Source of the DNA: Acidimicrobiales bacterium
GTDB taxonomy: Bacteria > Actinomycetota > Acidimicrobiia > Acidimicrobiales > Bog-793
Reading direction: 5' to 3'
DNA: 64,000 nt
NCBI GenBank assembly: GCA_035533595.1
Contig: DATLTN010000006.1
Location: 12,566 to 76,565 of the forward strand
Part shown: in pieces, positions 31,360-39,859 of the stretch
How positions within the stretch are numbered: the stretch's first letter is position 1
How the letters are laid out: each line of letters starts with the position of its first letter
Translations under genes and position numbers: made by a program
Notes under the pieces: generated by a model
Database searches by the model: none
What the model was told of the DNA's origin: nothing
What the model saw: only the letters and a program-made list of their open reading frames with translations

Positions 31360-32103
31360 TCAGGCGGGGGAAGCGGTCGAGTCCTCGAGGACCGCGCCGT
31401 CGCGCATCCGCACCCGCCGGTCGGTGAGGCGGGCGACGTCCTCCGCGTGGGTGGCGATGACGATGGTCACGCCGGCGTGGTGGTTGAGGTCCGCGATCGC
31501 CGCCATCACCTCCTTCGCGGTCTCGGAGTCGAGGTTGCCCGTCGGCTCGTCGGCGATGATCACGCTCGGGCTGTTCGAGAGCGCGCGCGCGATCGCGACG
31601 CGCTGCTGCTCGCCGCCCGACAGCCGCGAGGGGAGGTGGCCGAGGCGGTGGGCGAGGCCGACCTGGGTGAGCAGCTCCTCGGCGCGGGCGGTGCGCTCCT
31701 TCAGGCGTACGTGGTTCGGGATCATCGCCACGGCGACGTTCTCGGTCGCGGTGAGGGTGGGGATCAGGTTGAAGTGCTGGAAGACGAAGCCGATCTCCTT
31801 GGCGCGGATGGCGGTGAGCGCCCGGTCGTCGAGGCCGGCGAGGTTGCGGCCGCCGAAGAGGATCTCCCCTCCGGTCGGGCTGTCGAGGGCGCCGAGGAGC
31901 TGCAGGAGGGTGCTCTTGCCCGAGCCGCTCGGCCCCTCGAGGGAGATCATCTCGCCGCGCGCGATCGTGAGGTCGATGCCGCGCACCGCGTGCACGGCGA
32001 CGCCGCCGCGGGTGAAGGTGCGCTCGAGGTGGCGCAGCTCGTAGAGGGGGGCGGTGGGGGCGCCGGCCCCCGTCGTCGCGGCCGTGGTCTCGGTGGTGTC
32101 CAT
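31360..32103 (-). CDS. ABC transporter ATP-binding protein (MacB/LolD-type)
   Basis: The start is set at ATG 32103 (MDTTE). Walker A is GPSGSGKST, the signature LSGGEQQR, and Walker B VIIADEPTGNLD. Confidence 0.9.
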   Translation of the reverse strand: MDTTETTAATTGAGAPTAPLYELRHLERTFTRGGVAVHAVRGIDLTIARGEMISLEGPSGSGKSTLLQLLGALDSPTGGEILFGGRNLAGLDDRALTAIRAKEIGFVFQHFNLIPTLTATENVAVAMIPNHVRLKERTARAEELLTQVGLAHRLGHLPSRLSGGEQQRVAIARALSNSPSVIIADEPTGNLDSETAKEVMAAIADLNHHAGVTIVIATHAEDVARLTDRRVRMRDGAVLEDSTASPA

Positions 32104-32131
32104 GGGGTCGTCCTTTCTCTCTCGCGCCCGC

Positions 32132-33982
32132 TCAGCCGAGGTCCCGCAGCGCGGTGGCCGGGGCGAGGCGCGCCGCCCGCCATCCGCCCGCGGCGCCGGC
32201 GAGCAGGCCGCCGACGAGCGCACCGGCGAAGGCGAGGCCGATCGTCGCGGCACGGATCGGGGCGGTGAGGTGCACGATCGTGTTGATCGTGCCCGTCGTC
32301 GACTGGTGCAGGAGGCTCTGCGAGAGGGTCGAGGCGCCGACCGTGAGGCCGGTCGTCGTCACCGAGAGGCCGGGGCCGACGGCGGCGACGATCCCGCAGA
32401 CGATCGCCCCGACCCCGATCCCGATGAGGCCGCCGATCACCCCGATGCCGAGGGTCTCGGCCATCACCTGACGGACGACGGCGCCGCGTGACCAGCCGAT
32501 CGCCCGCAGCGAGCCGATCTCGCGGACCCGCTTGGCGACGCTCGAGAGCGTGAGCAGCATCGCGATCAGGAAGGCCGCGAGCAGCACGACGATGGCGAGC
32601 GCGGTGCCGAGCGTGTTGGCGAGCTTGTGGGCGTTGGAGAGGCTCCCGCTCACCTGGTCGGCGAGCTGCTTGGAGGTGAGCACCTCAGCACCGGGGAGGT
32701 CCTTCTTGATCGCCGCGGTCACCGCCGAGACGTCCGAGGAGTTCTTCACCGCGACGAGCACCTCGTTCACGTAGCCCTTCGCCGAGGAGAGGCTCTGCAT
32801 CGTCGTGAGGGGGAAGTAGACGTCCGAGACGTTGCCGGTGAGGGTCGGGGAGACGAGGCCGACGATCTTGTAGCCCTTGGCGTTGATCGTGAGCGTGCCG
32901 CCGAGCTTCAGCTTCTTGGTGCTGGCGTAGGCCGTGTTCACGAGGACCTCGTCGGCGGGGGCGGCGGTGAACCAGCTGCCCTGCACGAGCTGGGCCCTCG
33001 TGACGAGGCCGGTCGTCGTGTTCGAGGGGTCGACGCCGGCGACGGTGTAGCTCGAGGTGTTCGTGTTGGTGGTCGGCGTGGCGAGCACCCGCTGGATCGT
33101 CCGCTCGGGGACCACCACCTGCTGCTCGTAGGTGATCTCGGCGGGGGTCAGGCACTTCTCGACGACGGGGTTGTTGGCGAAGCCGGCGAACTGGCGGCGC
33201 TGGGTGGTCGTCGGGCCGCCTGCCCCGGCGGGGGCGCCCGAGTTGCCGGCGCCGCCGAGGCCGCCCCGTCCGCCGCCGCCCTTGCCGGCGCCCGCGGTGC
33301 CGGCGCCGCTGAAGAACGAGCCGAAGGACTTCTGCAGCGCGGCTTGGATGCAGGAGCGCTGGGTTGCCTGCTGGGCGGGGGTGAGGGTGGGCGCCTTCAC
33401 CTTGGTGTTCAGGGTCTGGCCGCCGGTCTTCACGGTGTCGGTGATCTTCGGGACCGTGCCAGTCTGGTGGAGCGCCTGCAGCGACAGCGCGCCGACCGCG
33501 GAGGTGACGTCGGTGATCTTCGAGACGTCGCTGACCGCGGCCGCGGGGAAGGTGATGAGCGTGCCGGGGACGAAGAAGTCGTGGGTGAACTGGGTGCCGG
33601 GCTTTCCGAGCTTCGCGAGGTCGGTGATCACCGAGGCGTTGTTCTGCGCGAGAGCGGCCGCCTGCGAGGCGGTGACGCCCGAGCCGGCGACGCCGCGCGC
33701 GAAGAAGCCGCCACCGCCACCGCCACCGCCGGGGAAGCCGCTGCTCGGCGTGGTCGTGGCCGTCGTCTGCTCGGTCGTCGGGGCGATCGTGCGCGTCACG
33801 ATGATGTCGGTGCCGACGCTGCCGAGGGGGGAGAGGATCCGGTTCTGGGCCTCGGAGAGGCCCTCGGAGACGCCGATGATCCCCATCACGAGGCCGACGC
33901 CGGCGGCGAGGCCGAGGGCGGTCACGAGGGTGCGGCCGAAGCGGCGGCGGAGCTCGTTGAAGGCGTAGCCGAGCGAGAACAC
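32132..33982 (-). CDS. ABC transporter permease, FtsX/MacB-type with large extracytoplasmic domain
   Basis: GTG 33982 has an AAGGAG RBS 5 nt upstream. An N-terminal TM is followed by a ~450-aa extracytoplasmic region with Gly-rich inserts. The C-terminus is a 3-TM FtsX module (LRAIGWSRG...). Confidence 0.85.
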   Translation of the reverse strand: MFSLGYAFNELRRRFGRTLVTALGLAAGVGLVMGIIGVSEGLSEAQNRILSPLGSVGTDIIVTRTIAPTTEQTTATTTPSSGFPGGGGGGGGFFARGVAGSGVTASQAAALAQNNASVITDLAKLGKPGTQFTHDFFVPGTLITFPAAAVSDVSKITDVTSAVGALSLQALHQTGTVPKITDTVKTGGQTLNTKVKAPTLTPAQQATQRSCIQAALQKSFGSFFSGAGTAGAGKGGGGRGGLGGAGNSGAPAGAGGPTTTQRRQFAGFANNPVVEKCLTPAEITYEQQVVVPERTIQRVLATPTTNTNTSSYTVAGVDPSNTTTGLVTRAQLVQGSWFTAAPADEVLVNTAYASTKKLKLGGTLTINAKGYKIVGLVSPTLTGNVSDVYFPLTTMQSLSSAKGYVNEVLVAVKNSSDVSAVTAAIKKDLPGAEVLTSKQLADQVSGSLSNAHKLANTLGTALAIVVLLAAFLIAMLLTLSSVAKRVREIGSLRAIGWSRGAVVRQVMAETLGIGVIGGLIGIGVGAIVCGIVAAVGPGLSVTTTGLTVGASTLSQSLLHQSTTGTINTIVHLTAPIRAATIGLAFAGALVGGLLAGAAGGWRAARLAPATALRDLG

Positions 33983-34161
33983 GGGTGACTCCTTTGCGTA
34001 TCTAACTGTTCGCTGCCCTGACCGTATGCAACCATTCTGTGGCCGAGCTGGGGCCACGCCGAGAGCTCACCGCAGATTTGTGCGCGCCCCCGCCGCGCTC
34101 TTCAGGAGCGTCACAGGGGGTGCCGGTACACTGCGGCGTCCGGAGCCGGAGGAGATAGAGA

Positions 34162-35193
34162 GTGGCGCGCAACTCCAAGCAGGGTCGGAGACCCGACCCG
34201 AGGAGCACCGCCGCCGGTGCGCGGCGCCTCGGCGGCCAGCAGAACGCGACGATGTCGGCGAGCGCGCAGCGCCGCTACGACCGTCGGCACCAGGCTCGCT
34301 CGCGCCAGGCCGGCTGGATCGCGGTCGGCACGGTGGTCGTCGTCGTGGTCGCGCTGTTGGTGTGGAACTTCGCCAAGGGCAACTCCGGCCCCGGCTCCTC
34401 GTCGGGGATCTCGACCGGCCAGCACCCCGCGCTCGCCGCCGCCACCCAGCTCGACCCGGTCCTCAACGTCCCGCTCGCGACCTACAACTCGGTGGGCATC
34501 TCCAACCAGCCGGCACCATTCACCCTCACCAAGGACCAGCCGGCGCTCACCTCCGACGGCAAGCCGCGTTTCGTCTACTACGGCGCCGAGTACTGCCCCT
34601 ACTGCGGGGTGATGCGCTGGTCGATGATCGCCGCGCTCAGCCGCTTCGGGACCTTCAGCGGCCTGAAGCAGACCACCTCCTCCTCGACCGACATCCCCTC
34701 GAGCGTCCCCACCTTCAGCTTCCTCGGCGCGACGTACTCGAGCCCCTACGTCGCCTTCACCCCCTACGAGTACCTCGACCGCGACAAGAACCCGCTGCAG
34801 TCGGTGCCGAAGCAGGTGAACGACCTCTACGCGAAGTACGACGGCTCGGCCTCGGGCAAGGCGGCGGCGCCCTTCAACCCCTCGTCGAGCGCGGGCATCC
34901 CCTTCCTCGACATCGGCAACAAGTACGTCTCCTCCGGTGACCCACAGGCGTTGGCCGCCATCGCGCAGGCGCTCTCGGGCGGTGGCCCGGGCGCCGCGGA
35001 GGTGGCGAGCTCGCTCACCGACCCGACGAGCGGCATCGGACCGGGGATCGGCGCGAAGTACTTCATCAGCGAGGCGAACTACCTCTCGGCCGCGATCTGC
35101 GCCCTCGACGGCGGCAAGCCCGCGAGCGTCTGCAGCACGTCCGGCGTGAAGGCCGCGGCGGCGGCCCTCGCCAAGCAGAAGCCCGTCGGCTAG
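34162..35193 (+). CDS. DUF929-type membrane-anchored thioredoxin-like protein (CPYC)
   Basis: A GGAGGAG RBS precedes the start. It has an N-terminal basic region plus a TM (WIAVGTVVVVVVALLVW), then FVYYGAEYCPYCGVMRWSMIAALSRFG. Confidence 0.75.
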   Translation: MARNSKQGRRPDPRSTAAGARRLGGQQNATMSASAQRRYDRRHQARSRQAGWIAVGTVVVVVVALLVWNFAKGNSGPGSSSGISTGQHPALAAATQLDPVLNVPLATYNSVGISNQPAPFTLTKDQPALTSDGKPRFVYYGAEYCPYCGVMRWSMIAALSRFGTFSGLKQTTSSSTDIPSSVPTFSFLGATYSSPYVAFTPYEYLDRDKNPLQSVPKQVNDLYAKYDGSASGKAAAPFNPSSSAGIPFLDIGNKYVSSGDPQALAAIAQALSGGGPGAAEVASSLTDPTSGIGPGIGAKYFISEANYLSAAICALDGGKPASVCSTSGVKAAAAALAKQKPVG

Positions 35194-35780
35194 TGCCGAA
35201 GCCCCCGACGGCCGCGCGTGGCCGTCGGCCGAGCACGCTCGCCGCTCCGCCGCCCCCACCGGCGCGGCGCACGCGCCTGCGGCGGGCGCCGGCACCCCGC
35301 CCCGAGCCGGGCACCGAGGTGGAGTTCGTCTCCCGCCGTCCGATCGTCGCGACCGTCCTCTGCATCCTCGGTCTCGGGGCGGCGAGCTACCTCACCTACA
35401 TCCACTTCACCTCCTCGGCCTCGATCTCCTGCCTCGCGATCAAGGGGATCAACTGTGAGAAGGTGATCACGAGCCCGCAGTCGCTCGTCTTCGGTGTCCC
35501 CGTCGCCATCCTCGGGCTGGCCTTCTTCGTGGCGATGCTGGCCCTCTGCGTGCCTCCCGCGTGGCGCTCGCAGCAGCACTTCATCGCCCCGGCGCGCCTC
35601 GTCGGAGCGGTGACCGGGGTCGGCTTCATCTGCTACCTGCTCTACGCCGAGCTCTTCGAGATCCGCGCGATCTGCATCTGGTGCACGGCCGTGCACGTGC
35701 TCACCTTCCTGCTCTTCGTGACGATCGCCACCGGCTGGGACGACGCCCTCGACCTGCGCGAGGCGGCCGCCGAGGGCTGA
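35193..35780 (+). CDS. Vitamin K epoxide reductase (VKOR) family protein
   Basis: It has a four-TM profile, a loop Cys pair (SCLAIKGINC) and the active-site CIWC. The GTG start overlaps the DUF929 stop by 1 nt. Confidence 0.85.
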   Translation: MPKPPTAARGRRPSTLAAPPPPPARRTRLRRAPAPRPEPGTEVEFVSRRPIVATVLCILGLGAASYLTYIHFTSSASISCLAIKGINCEKVITSPQSLVFGVPVAILGLAFFVAMLALCVPPAWRSQQHFIAPARLVGAVTGVGFICYLLYAELFEIRAICIWCTAVHVLTFLLFVTIATGWDDALDLREAAAEG

Positions 35781-35787
35781 GCGGGCG

Positions 35788-38550
35788 CTACGCGGGGGAG
35801 AGCTGGAGGAGCGCCGCTCCGGGGCCCGTGGCGAGGAAGGCCTCGGCGAGGTGGGGGTGGCAGGTGAAGACGATCACCTGGTGCTCCTCGGCGACGGTCG
35901 CGATCGCCCGGCTCATCGCGCCGGCGCGGTCGGCGTCGAAGTTCACGAGGACGTCGTCCAAAAGCAGCGGGAGGGCGACCGAGCGCTCGGCGAAGGTCGC
36001 CGCGAAGGCGAGGCGGAGGCAGAGGTAGAGCTGTTCGGCGGTGCCCCGGCTCAGCTCGGCGGCGTCGACGCGCACGCCCGAGGGAGTGATCGCCTCGATC
36101 CCGTGGTGCCGCTGGTCGGCCTCCTCGCGGGCGACGAGCTTCTCGTAGGCGCCGCCGGTGACCCCCGAGAAGAGCGCGCCGGCGCGGGCGATGACGAGGG
36201 GCTGGCGCTCCGCCTCGTAGCGGGCGAGGGTGCGCTGGATGAGCGTCCCCGCGAGGCCGAGGCGCAGCCACTGCGAGAGCGCGCCGGCGAGCTCGGTGGC
36301 GATGAGCTCGCGCTCCTGGGAGAGGGAGGCGACGTCCTCCGAGGAGGCGAGCGCGCCGAGGCTCCGCTCGGCGTCGAGCTGGGAGCCGAGGAGCTCCTCG
36401 TAGGAGGCGTCGACGTCGGCGAGCGCCTGCTCGACTGCGAGGCGCTCCTCGCCCCACGCGGCGAGGGTCCCGGTCGTGAGCTCACCCCGGAGCCGTTCCG
36501 CCTCGTCGCCCTCGCCGAGGGATTCCTCGAGGAGGCGGCGCGCACCGAGGACCTCGCTCTCGAGGCGCTCGCGCCCGCTGCAGTCCGCGAGCGCTCCCTG
36601 CAGCGCTGAGGTGAGGGCCCCGACGCTCGCCGCGGCCTCTGCCGCCGGGCCGAGGCCGAGGCGGGCGCACAGCCGAGAGAGCCGCGACTCGTAGTCGGCC
36701 GTCGACTCGCGGACGGCGGCGAGCTCGGGGGCGACGCGCGCGCTCGCCGCGATCAGCTCGTTCACGCTGCGCAGCCCGTCGATGGCGCGGGCCAGCGCGT
36801 CGGGGGTGAGGCCCGGGGCGAGCTCGAGCTTCTCCGCGACCCTGCCGACCGTGGTGGCGATCTCGGCGAGCTCGCCGTCGAGGAGGGCGCGCCGGGCGCG
36901 GATCCCGTCCAGGCGTTCGCGTACCCGCGCACCCGCGCGCTCGACCTCCTCGGCGCGTCGCTGCCCCTCTCTCGCCTCCTCGAGCTCATCGACGAGCAGC
37001 TCGACCTCCTCACGCTCGGGGCGTGACCCGAGGCCGAGGGCGTCGCCGCGCGCCGCGACGTCGGCGCGCACGCGCTCGACCCGTCCGTCGAGGTCATCGG
37101 GGGCGCGGAGCGCCGCGGAGGCGCCGCGGCGCCGCTCGGCGCGCAGGAGGGCGGCGGCGGTGAGCGCGACGAGGAGCGCGGCGCCCGCAGCGGCGAGGAG
37201 CAGCGGACGCCGTGTCGCGACGGCCGCGCTGGCGAGCGCGAGTGCGAGGACGAGCGCGGTTGCGGCGCCGGCGCGTGGCAGCTGGCGGGGCCGTCGCCCG
37301 GCGAGGGCGGCGTAGGCCGCGGCCTGCCGCCGTGCCGCAGCCTCGCCCTCCAGGCGGTCGAGCGTGGCGAGCAGGCCGCGCAGCTCGAGGGCGTCGCGAC
37401 GGCGCTCGTCGAGCTGCGCCGCGCCGGAGTCGGCGGCGCCGGGGGAGCCCCCGATCGCCGCCAGCTCACGCTGTGCCGTCGCCTCCTCCTCGGCGAGCGC
37501 GGCGGCCGCGGCGGCCGCGGCGCGCTGGCGGACGCCGAGGGCGGTGACCTCGTCCTCCAGGCCGATGTCGAGCGCCGGCAGGGCGCGCTCTGAGGGTTCG
37601 AAGCCGATCTCGGCGAGGCGCAGCTCGATGGAGCGCTCGATCCCGGCGTGCTGGCCGGCGAGGCGGTGGAGCTCCTTCGAGCGCTCCTCGTGGCCGGAGA
37701 GCTGCTCGCCGAGGGCGCGGATCTCGAACTCGGCTTCGCGCACTGCGGCGACCTCGGCGCTCACCGGGCCGAGGTCGGCGAGCTCCTCGGCGGCCTCGCG
37801 GCCGCGGCGCCAGGGTGCCCAGCACGACTCGAGGCGCTCGAGCTCGCGGGCACGGCGGTGCAGTGACTCGGCGCGTGACCGGGCCGCGAGCGCGAGGGAG
37901 CGCAGGCGGTCGCGCTCGGCCGCGGTCGCGGCGTAGGTCGCGGCCGCGGCGCGCGCGGAGCGCAGCGACTCGTCGAGGGCGTCGAGCTGCAGCCGCAGCT
38001 GGTTCGCCCTCGCCTCCTGCTGGCGGGGGCGGACCAGGGTCTGGCGCTGCTGGTCGATGGCGCGCAGCGCGACGCTCGCCGAGCGGCCGGCGCCGAGGAC
38101 GCCCGCTGAGAAGACGAGCTCGCGCACCTCGTCCCGGTCGAGGGACTCGAAGGCCGCGAGCTCGCCGAGGCCGAAGGCGAAGACCGAGCGGAACAGCGCG
38201 TCGTCGGCACCACCGACGAGGCGCTGCAGGGCGGCGATGTCCCGGACCGAGCCGTCGGGGCCGACGAGGACCGGCGCCCTGCCGACGTGGCGCTCGAGCA
38301 GCCAGGGCTCGCCTTCCTCGTCGACGAGGCCGACGGCGCCACCGTGGCGGCCGCCACGCAGCGGCTCGTGGAAGGGGAGGCGCTGGCGGCGGTCCGGGAA
38401 GCCGAACAGCACACCGCGCACGAAGTCGAGGAGGGTGGACTTCCCCGCCTCGTTCGGGCCGAGGACCACGGTGAGGCCCCGGTCGATCGGGCCGAGCTCG
38501 AGGTCGGCGAGCTTGCCGTAGCCGTCGACGCGCAATGTGGAGATCCTCAC
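35788..38550 (-). CDS. SbcC/Rad50-like AAA ATPase (YhaN-like) with central hydrophobic hairpin
   Basis: Walker A is GPNEAGKST, followed by a long Ala/Arg/Glu/Leu coiled coil. The signature-like motif is ELSRGTAEQLYL, and Walker B/D-loop is LPLLLDDVLVNFD. Two hydrophobic segments lie at ~37144-37269. Confidence 0.85.
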   Translation of the reverse strand: MRISTLRVDGYGKLADLELGPIDRGLTVVLGPNEAGKSTLLDFVRGVLFGFPDRRQRLPFHEPLRGGRHGGAVGLVDEEGEPWLLERHVGRAPVLVGPDGSVRDIAALQRLVGGADDALFRSVFAFGLGELAAFESLDRDEVRELVFSAGVLGAGRSASVALRAIDQQRQTLVRPRQQEARANQLRLQLDALDESLRSARAAAATYAATAAERDRLRSLALAARSRAESLHRRARELERLESCWAPWRRGREAAEELADLGPVSAEVAAVREAEFEIRALGEQLSGHEERSKELHRLAGQHAGIERSIELRLAEIGFEPSERALPALDIGLEDEVTALGVRQRAAAAAAAALAEEEATAQRELAAIGGSPGAADSGAAQLDERRRDALELRGLLATLDRLEGEAAARRQAAAYAALAGRRPRQLPRAGAATALVLALALASAAVATRRPLLLAAAGAALLVALTAAALLRAERRRGASAALRAPDDLDGRVERVRADVAARGDALGLGSRPEREEVELLVDELEEAREGQRRAEEVERAGARVRERLDGIRARRALLDGELAEIATTVGRVAEKLELAPGLTPDALARAIDGLRSVNELIAASARVAPELAAVRESTADYESRLSRLCARLGLGPAAEAAASVGALTSALQGALADCSGRERLESEVLGARRLLEESLGEGDEAERLRGELTTGTLAAWGEERLAVEQALADVDASYEELLGSQLDAERSLGALASSEDVASLSQERELIATELAGALSQWLRLGLAGTLIQRTLARYEAERQPLVIARAGALFSGVTGGAYEKLVAREEADQRHHGIEAITPSGVRVDAAELSRGTAEQLYLCLRLAFAATFAERSVALPLLLDDVLVNFDADRAGAMSRAIATVAEEHQVIVFTCHPHLAEAFLATGPGAALLQLSPA

Positions 38551-39836
38551 CGTGACCCTCCGAGCTCACTCAGCGCGAGCCGGCTCGCCGCCGCGAGCAG
38601 CGACTCGCGCTGCTCGCGCGTTGCGAGCAGCTCGTCGATCGGCCGCCGCAACGGGCGGGGTGCCTCGCCGGCGAGGGCCGCGAGCGCTGCTGCGAGGTGC
38701 TCGTCCTCGAGCGCCGCGGCGATGGCGAGGAGGTCGTCGGCGAAGTCGCCACGCCCGGCCTCGACCTCGGTCTCGGCGGCGCTCTCGTCGACGATCGCGT
38801 CCCACCAGACAAAGGGGTTGAGCGCGCCGGAGCCGTCGCGCAGGTGGCGCAGCAGCTCGTCGAGGAGCCCCGGGCGGGCGAGGTCGCGGTGCAGCCCGCC
38901 CCGACCGCCGAGCACGCCGCGCAGCACGACCGATCGCCCGTCGGCCGCGGCCCGCGCCTCCTCCGCCAGCGCCGCGAGCTCGGAGGCGAGGCCACCGAAC
39001 TCGCTGAACTCTGCGACGTCGACCGCGACCTCGGCGAAGCGGACCTGGTCGCAGGCGACGAACTCGGGCTCGAGCACCACGCTGTCGCGCACCTCGACGA
39101 CGACGGCTCCCTTCGCGCCGCGCTCGCTCGCGCGTGGGCTCCGTGCCTGGCTGTTTCCGGGGTAGACGACCCAGGGGTCACCGGCCCCGGGGCCGGCGAG
39201 GATGCGGCGCTCGTGCACGTGGCCGAGAGCGAGGTAGTCGAGACGGGTCGCCCGCAGGTCGTCGAGCGTGCACGGTGCGTAGTTCGCATGGCCGCCCGGC
39301 GCGCCCTCCACGTTGCAGTGGAGGAGGCCGATGTGCACGCCGTCGCCATCGGGGCGCGTGAGGAGGCGGGCGAGGTTCTCGGCGGTGTCCCGGCGCGCGT
39401 AGCTGATCCCCTGGACCGTGGCGATCTGCGCCCCGTCGTGCATGACCGGGACGACGGTCACCTCGTGCGGCCGGAACACCGTGACGCCCTCGGGCCAGCC
39501 CTCTCCGAGGGCGGACCAGCCACTCTCCACAGGGTCGTGATTGCCGTGGACGACGAAGGAGGCGATCCCCGACCGCGACAGCCTCGCGAGGTTGTCGCGG
39601 AAGCGCAGCTGGGCGCGCAGGCCGCGCTCCGCGCCGTCGTAGACGTCGCCAGCGAACAGCACGAACGCCGCCGAACGGCTGATCGCGAGGTCGACGATGG
39701 CGTCGAGCGCGGCGAGCGAGGCGTCGCGCAACGCCGTCGCGACCTGTGGCGCGACGGCGTGAACGCCGCTGAAGGGCGTGTCCAGATGGAGGTCCGCTGC
39801 GTGGACGAAGGAGAAGGAGTGCGGCCGCTCGGCCAT
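38547..39836 (-). CDS. Metallophosphoesterase, SbcD/Mre11-like DNA repair exonuclease (YhaO-like)
   Basis: The start is set at ATG 39836 (MAERPHSF). The motifs FVHAADLHLD, FAGDVYD, HGNHD and LGHVH are present. The stop overlaps the ATPase start by 4 nt. Confidence 0.85.
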   Translation of the reverse strand: MAERPHSFSFVHAADLHLDTPFSGVHAVAPQVATALRDASLAALDAIVDLAISRSAAFVLFAGDVYDGAERGLRAQLRFRDNLARLSRSGIASFVVHGNHDPVESGWSALGEGWPEGVTVFRPHEVTVVPVMHDGAQIATVQGISYARRDTAENLARLLTRPDGDGVHIGLLHCNVEGAPGGHANYAPCTLDDLRATRLDYLALGHVHERRILAGPGAGDPWVVYPGNSQARSPRASERGAKGAVVVEVRDSVVLEPEFVACDQVRFAEVAVDVAEFSEFGGLASELAALAEEARAAADGRSVVLRGVLGGRGGLHRDLARPGLLDELLRHLRDGSGALNPFVWWDAIVDESAAETEVEAGRGDFADDLLAIAAALEDEHLAAALAALAGEAPRPLRRPIDELLATREQRESLLAAASRLALSELGGSR

Positions 39837-39859
39837 CGCGCTGAGCGTACAGAGGGGGT

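Noticed and set aside
35788-39836. The large ATPase plus nuclease pair considered as a defence system (Lamassu/Gabija/OLD-like).
   Set aside because: The motifs are Rad50/SbcC-type and Mre11/SbcD-type. The pair resembles the YhaN/YhaO-like genes that are widely conserved in Gram-positive chromosomes. There is no Toprim/OLD, helicase or effector domain and no island context. I keep it only for its unusual hydrophobic apex.
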